Source: Candidatus Sysuiplasma jiujiangense
GTDB taxonomy: Archaea > Thermoplasmatota > Thermoplasmata > Sysuiplasmatales > Sysuiplasmataceae
Length of the DNA: 64,000 bases
Assembly (NCBI GenBank): GCA_019721075.1
Contig: JAHEAD010000004.1
Coordinates: 1 to 64,000 of the forward strand
Direction of reading: 5' to 3'
Shown: piece after piece, positions 59,280 to 64,000 of the stretch
Position numbering within the stretch: the first letter of the stretch is position 1
How the letters are laid out: every line of letters begins with the position of its first letter
The notes under the pieces: generated by a model
What the model saw: only the letters and a program-made list of their open reading frames with translations
What the model was told of the DNA's origin: nothing
Database searches by the model: none
Translations under genes and position numbers: made by a program

Positions 59280-59950
59280 ACCGATTCCCAAGCAGCACCT
59301 CATGCGGGAAGGAGATTGCCGACCGATGCACATGTTTTGAAGACCGCTTTCGATATGTGCGGCCCTCCGACAACTGTATTCAATCAAAAAGTAAGGCAGT
59401 GCATCAATTTGCCGGTCTCAGATTTGAAACCCCTGTTTGCCGTAGGAGCCAGCAACCGTTACATTTTCAGGCCAGGAGGATATTGCGTTTCCAGTATGGA
59501 TGATATACCGGATGGACAAAACAATGCCGTAGCCAGGCATAGAAAGAAGAATGAGAGATTATTGGCTGCAAAAAGGTTCGAGGCTCTCCGGTGGGGGCAG
59601 TAAAAGGTTGGATGGACCGAGTGCATTACTGAACTGCAGGAATGTCACAGCAGTCACATCTGTTGCGACATTGCGATTCCGAAGTTTCTGTCTTTGAATT
59701 ATCGACGGCTTTCATTGGATGGGCATTGCCGCATAGATGCCGCCGGGAAAGTATTGTGACTGAGAAGCGCTTTCGTGCTTTCATGTGCATAAGGGAAAGG
59801 AGGGACATGAAGGATGGATTCCGTGCTGCTGTCGCAGATGACTTCTGAAAACGTACAGGCTTCAGGGAGGAGTCGGTGTTTGGGACATGACGTGGCCCGG
59901 ACGATTGGTGGATACGATACAGCATGCATGAACCTTTTCATGCGATTGCG
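59280..59950 (+). mobile_element. Highly degraded transposase remnant (IS5/IS4-like DDE)
   Basis: Stop-interrupted frame ...LLRHCDS...FMCIRERRDMKDGFRAAVADDF*KRTGFREESVFGT* resembles DDE C-terminal motifs (HDS; G.YR..M..F...R..EsvF); no intact ORF or inverted repeats seen. Confidence 0.35.
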
Positions 59951-60390
59951 GATTACCGTGCGAGTAACTCAAAGGATAAAATAGAACATTCGTCGCGATG
60001 AATACCAAATCAAGGGGAAAACATGTACATTGATATTTCCTGAAATGTAATGGCATTAGTTTAAATAAAATATTAATATATTTAAAATAAATATGACTCT
60101 ATTGCTGTGAAAACCCGAATGACAAATCTTTCTCTCCCGGTGTATTGCTTATAATTCCTCCACAATTGCTATAATGTACATATATCCCCCGAACCGCCAC
60201 ATATCCAGCTTTCTGACTCCTAATCTTCTGCCAACTCTTGTTTTCCATCTCAGCACAGTCTGGGATCATTGCCGGTTCGCAACAATATACATGACTGCAA
60301 GACGCCTCTCAAGTCCCTGTATTTTCCGTCTTTTTCCAAAAGAGGGCATAATTTAAAGTCAAAGAGACGAACAGGTTCTTAAGCTGAAAT

Positions 60391-61179
60391 TCACAGCATC
60401 GAACACGCTTCTATGGATAGATTCAATACATCCTCTCTGACGATATTTCTCTGCCTGGAGGCTCTAACGTCCCATATATCGCCACTAACATCATCGCCTG
60501 CATAGAGGACTTCTGCGAGAGGAACTCCTCTGAATTCGGCTACAGCGAACAGGGCCGAAGCTTCCATTTCTACGGTCATGCACCCCTCAGATTGCCTTAG
60601 TCTTATCTTCTCCTTGGTCTCGCGATAAAAAGCATCGGTAGTCCAGGTCTTAGTGAGAAGATACTTGACCCTGTGATGCGTCAGAGTCTCTGTCAAGGCT
60701 ACAATCGCAGGGGAACTTGCCCTGATTTCCCTTCCGGGCGGCAAATAATGATAGGATGTACCCTCATCCCTTACCGCTGAAGTCGGTATTAGCAAGTGCC
60801 CTACCGGAATTTTCCTGTCCAGGACTCCCGCACCGCCGCAGGCTATAAATTTTCTAGCTCCGTGAGATATAATCTCCTCGAGAAGTGCGGCTGCAAGAGG
60901 TGCCCCTATCCCAGGGTGGAACATGGCAATTTTCTTCCCGTTAAACTCAGACTGATATATGGGAAAGGAGCCTATTCCACACCTGACATCTCCTATTGTT
61001 TTTGTCAGTCCTTTCCTGTAAAACTTCTGAAGCACGTCGTTAAAAAAACATAGCACGCAATTTTCTGGTACTTTAAACGGATCGCTCGATGTTTCAGGAA
61101 CTGTAATAGACGCTCGGTCAGGATCGAATTCCAGTATTGGATACTCTTTTCTTTCAATTCTTGGGTTGTCATCTTTCAA
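60391..61179 (-). CDS. Nucleoside phosphorylase (PNP/UDP family)
   Basis: GIGAP, RDEGTSYHY, WTTDAFYRET and VEMEAS motifs. Confidence 0.92.
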   Translation of the reverse strand: MKDDNPRIERKEYPILEFDPDRASITVPETSSDPFKVPENCVLCFFNDVLQKFYRKGLTKTIGDVRCGIGSFPIYQSEFNGKKIAMFHPGIGAPLAAALLEEIISHGARKFIACGGAGVLDRKIPVGHLLIPTSAVRDEGTSYHYLPPGREIRASSPAIVALTETLTHHRVKYLLTKTWTTDAFYRETKEKIRLRQSEGCMTVEMEASALFAVAEFRGVPLAEVLYAGDDVSGDIWDVRASRQRNIVREDVLNLSIEACSML

Positions 61180-61655
61180 TGCGAATCCCTAAATTTTTGA
61201 ATTATATATATTGGTGCTGCCGTAGGTTGTTTCGGCGAATACATAGGTAACCGTTGTCAACAAAATGATCACGGATTATGTCAAGGGGACTCTGTGGTTT
61301 ACTTTGGCGGATATGCCCCGGGATTAAGATGTCAGCTGTTCATTCAAATATTTCTATAATACGTAGATTGGACTTATAGGAAGAACTTCTAGTAAACTCT
61401 CAATATGCCCGAGCAGGATCGTAATGTCTGAACGATGATTCTGTGGAATAAGCCGTGAAAACTGCATTTACACCGATTCTCAGCCAGTCCGTCGATCCGA
61501 TCACATTCCGGTCATGAGTTGCACACATGAAACAGAGGTCAGACGGCCTCGGTGCAGCCTAACGGGGAGAAAATGTTCGGGACACTTAAACGCTCGGCGC
61601 GTCCGTAGACATGCCACTGTCGCATATGTGTGCGGGATTACTGCCGTAATTGAAA

Positions 61656-61750
61656 TGGGCTCATCCGGATTTGAACCGGAGACCTCCGCCGTTTCGACCA
61701 GCCGGAAGCCGGATGTCAAGGCGACGTCATAACCACTAGACCATGAGCCC
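61656..61750 (-). tRNA. tRNA-Val (GAC) with a 22-nt intron at canonical 37/38 (intron 61692-61713)
   Basis: GGGCTCA...TCGCC-TTGACA-[TCCGGCTTCCGGCTGGTCGAAA]-C-GGCGG...TTCAAAT...TGAGCCCA; forms a bulge-helix-bulge. Confidence 0.92.
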
Positions 61751-61876
61751 GAGCATTCGCATAATCTGGTGCCATCGGGTGACGGCGAATCAGGTTTAGA
61801 CCGAACACATATAAGTACAGTTCCATTGAATGTGCACTCATATCACATCGATGTCCGCGGAGGAGATTGTATATTT

Positions 61877-62251
61877 CTACGCCTTCTCCTCTATCAGTTC
61901 AATCCATATGCCGTTGGGATCCTTTATGAATGATAGCCTTGTCTCGCCAAGTCTGTAGGGTTCTTTTGCAATCTCAACACCGGCCAGCCTCATCTTACTG
62001 ATTTCACTGTCCATATCACCAACACTGAATGCAATGTGATCCAGCTGATCTCCCTCTGTATACGGCCTTCCGTCATTCCACATTGTGAGTTCGATGTTAT
62101 GCGTCGTTCCTTCAGTCCCGAGAAATGCAATTTCCGCATTGTTCTGCGGTATTTCATGTCTTCTGATAAGCTTCATTCCCATAATTTCTGTGTAAAATTT
62201 TATACTCCTGTCCATGTCCTTTACCGTGACGGAAGTGTGCAATAGTTTCAT
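61877..62251 (-). CDS. VOC / glyoxalase I family protein
   Basis: HTSVTV.D...SIKFY, IELT, HIAFSV and DPNGIWIEL motifs. Confidence 0.9.
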   Translation of the reverse strand: MKLLHTSVTVKDMDRSIKFYTEIMGMKLIRRHEIPQNNAEIAFLGTEGTTHNIELTMWNDGRPYTEGDQLDHIAFSVGDMDSEISKMRLAGVEIAKEPYRLGETRLSFIKDPNGIWIELIEEKA

Positions 62252-62308
62252 TCAACCATATCAGAGAAATAAATTGGTCTATAAATCAAATTGCATTCTC
62301 GGTTGAAA

Positions 62309-62953
62309 TTAACAGCTTTTCGTATCGCATACAAGACCGTTATGTTCCAAAAATCCCCTGAGCTTCTCTGTAGATGAATAGAGATGTGATAAAATTCCTA
62401 TATTATTTGCAGCTTCAACGTTCTCAATTGCATCGTCCACAAACAGACATCTGGCTGATGATGTGCCTGCTGTTTGCAGGGCCACATCGAAAAGTCTTCT
62501 ATCCGGCTTAAGCATCTTATGCTGGTATGAAAGAACGGTAACATCAAAAAGGCCGTCTATCCCCTTCAAGCTTCTGATGAGTTTCCATGTATATTCCGGC
62601 ATGTTGCTTACCGCTACAATTCTGACATTATTCTGCTTCTTAACCTTCCTGTACAGCGAAATCACGTCTGTTTTTTCTTTCAGGCCCCTGTCATGAATGG
62701 CTGAAAACCTGCCCGGATCCATATTCACTCCGAGGGATCGCAGCGTAATTTCTGCAAATACACTGAAACTGATTTTGCCTGCGTCAAATTCCCTTGCGTT
62801 TAATTTCATCACCTGATAGGCATGGCCTGCATCTATTCCGTAATTGTTTCCGATGTATTCTGCAACAAAGATGTACGGGTTGCTGATGCATACGCCTCCT
62901 ATGTCGGTCAGGAGGGTGCTGTACTTCGACCCTGTCCGAATTTCTCCGCTCAT
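62309..62953 (-). CDS. HAD family phosphatase (YihX-like)
   Basis: DIGGV, VSN, KPD and FVDD..EN motifs. Confidence 0.85.
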   Translation of the reverse strand: MSGEIRTGSKYSTLLTDIGGVCISNPYIFVAEYIGNNYGIDAGHAYQVMKLNAREFDAGKISFSVFAEITLRSLGVNMDPGRFSAIHDRGLKEKTDVISLYRKVKKQNNVRIVAVSNMPEYTWKLIRSLKGIDGLFDVTVLSYQHKMLKPDRRLFDVALQTAGTSSARCLFVDDAIENVEAANNIGILSHLYSSTEKLRGFLEHNGLVCDTKSC

Positions 62954-63008
62954 TGTCTTACCGACCCGTAAAATATGTGCATAAATCAGCTGCCTGACCT
63001 GGAGGTCA

Positions 63009-64000
63009 TCAAGTAAATGTTATGGACCTCGAATCTATAAATTTCAACAGTCCTTCAACAAATGAGAAGAGGTCTCCCACTATTGCAAGATCGGCGTAAT
63101 GGAATATTGGCGCATCCCTGTTGCTGTTTACCGCTATAACCTTGCCTGCGTATCTTATCCCCACCACATGATTATCCTGCCCGGAAATGCCCAGGGCGAT
63201 GTATACATCGGGGGATATTGAGAGACCCGTAAGTCCGACCTGCTGCTGCCGCGGTACCCATCCCGCATCAACGATCGGCCTGGAACCGGCTATAGCCGCA
63301 TCGAGTTTCTGAGCAAGTGGGAACACCCTTGCAACGTTTTCTCTGTTCTTCAGACCACGGCCAAGTCCTATGACTATCCGTGAGCTCTGAAGGGGCCTGT
63401 ACGTGCTCTCGACCGCTGTGAAACCCCTTCTCTTCACCCTTGGCTTTCCCGCAATACTGATTCTTTCAACACGCATTGGTGCGCTTCCGGTTTTCCTGCG
63501 AAGCATTCCGGGCCTTACCGTAGCCATCTCCGGCTTTGTTTTCGATGTAATTGCCGCAACGAGTCCACCGCCAAAAGCCGGTTTGTACTGAATGAGGCTG
63601 CCGTCTTTATAGGCAAGATCAATGCAGTCCGCTGTCAGGCCCAGGCCCAGTTTTGCGGCGACAGATGACGAAATTTCACGCCCGTCCACCGTTGAAGGAA
63701 GTACAACAAACATCGGTTTTTCAGCCGATATGCATGCGGCTAGTGTTTCAGCTATCAGCTCATTGTCTGTGCAATCCGTGTAACGGTAAGAATGGCACAG
63801 CATGCCCTGCAGTCTTTCGGGTTCGACATTTCCTGTCATCCTCACAAATGAATTGGTCCCGGCTGATATTTCCGCCAGTTTTGAAGAAATTTCGAAGGCA
63901 GTCTGGGCGTCATTCAGCGCGACACCCCAGATTTCACCGTTCAGTGAAGTGCTTTCCCGGAGTGTAATTGTCTCCACGTTTCCGGCTGGTCTGCTCTTAA
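63009..64000 (-). CDS. etfA: Electron transfer flavoprotein alpha (FixB), probably 5'-partial
   Basis: GLTADC, PAFGG, ATVRPG, QQVGLTG and GISGQDNH; the frame stays open to the window edge. Confidence 0.9.
   Translation of the reverse strand, partial: KSRPAGNVETITLRESTSLNGEIWGVALNDAQTAFEISSKLAEISAGTNSFVRMTGNVEPERLQGMLCHSYRYTDCTDNELIAETLAACISAEKPMFVVLPSTVDGREISSSVAAKLGLGLTADCIDLAYKDGSLIQYKPAFGGGLVAAITSKTKPEMATVRPGMLRRKTGSAPMRVERISIAGKPRVKRRGFTAVESTYRPLQSSRIVIGLGRGLKNRENVARVFPLAQKLDAAIAGSRPIVDAGWVPRQQQVGLTGLSISPDVYIALGISGQDNHVVGIRYAGKVIAVNSNRDAPIFHYADLAIVGDLFSFVEGLLKFIDSRSITFT

Noticed and set aside
46610..61750. Phosphate block as an element integrated at tRNA-Val
   Set aside because: No integrase, and I found no duplicated tRNA 3' end (att site) at the far boundary.
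1..64000. CRISPR arrays, rRNA genes or proviral genes
   Set aside because: No regularly spaced repeats, rRNA-like tracts or viral hallmark genes seen.

Overview
Archaeal chromosomal segment, most likely Thermoplasmatota. This is an inference from the archaeal ribosomal and translation genes, the TPP riboswitch ahead of a thiamine ABC transporter, and the gene repertoire. Most of the window is housekeeping: thiBPQ, rpl18e-rpl13-rps9-rpo10-tRNA-Pro, trpS-pheS, 2-oxoacid:ferredoxin oxidoreductase, trmI, purSLQ, ribK-PIN-aIF2gamma-rps6e, rps15-DHH, kae1, cyclophilin, an intron-containing tRNA-Val, and ETF. The standout is a compact four-gene eukaryote-like ubiquitination operon at 8968-11010 (-). 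It encodes an E1, a ubiquitin-like protein with Gly-Gly masked by a QWQSL tail, a canonical UBC-type E2 (HPN...C) and an Rpn11-like JAMM protease. No E3 is recognisable, and the operon lies between core genes. A second notable block is a ~14 kb phosphate/polyphosphate region (46.8-61.2 kb). It contains SixA-Ppx-two thymidylate-kinase-like genes (PPK3-type)-CHAD, an ECF transporter linked to a membrane-anchored phosphoesterase, a phosphodiesterase, a HAD hydrolase and a nucleoside phosphorylase, with a repeated CTACATAGWCCAAT-like motif in its intergenic regions. Also noted: a divergent PEPCK-like P-loop enzyme with a Cys-rich insert, a probable CTG start codon, a frameshifted surface protein and an IS remnant. 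All calls come from reading motifs by eye; no database searches were run.
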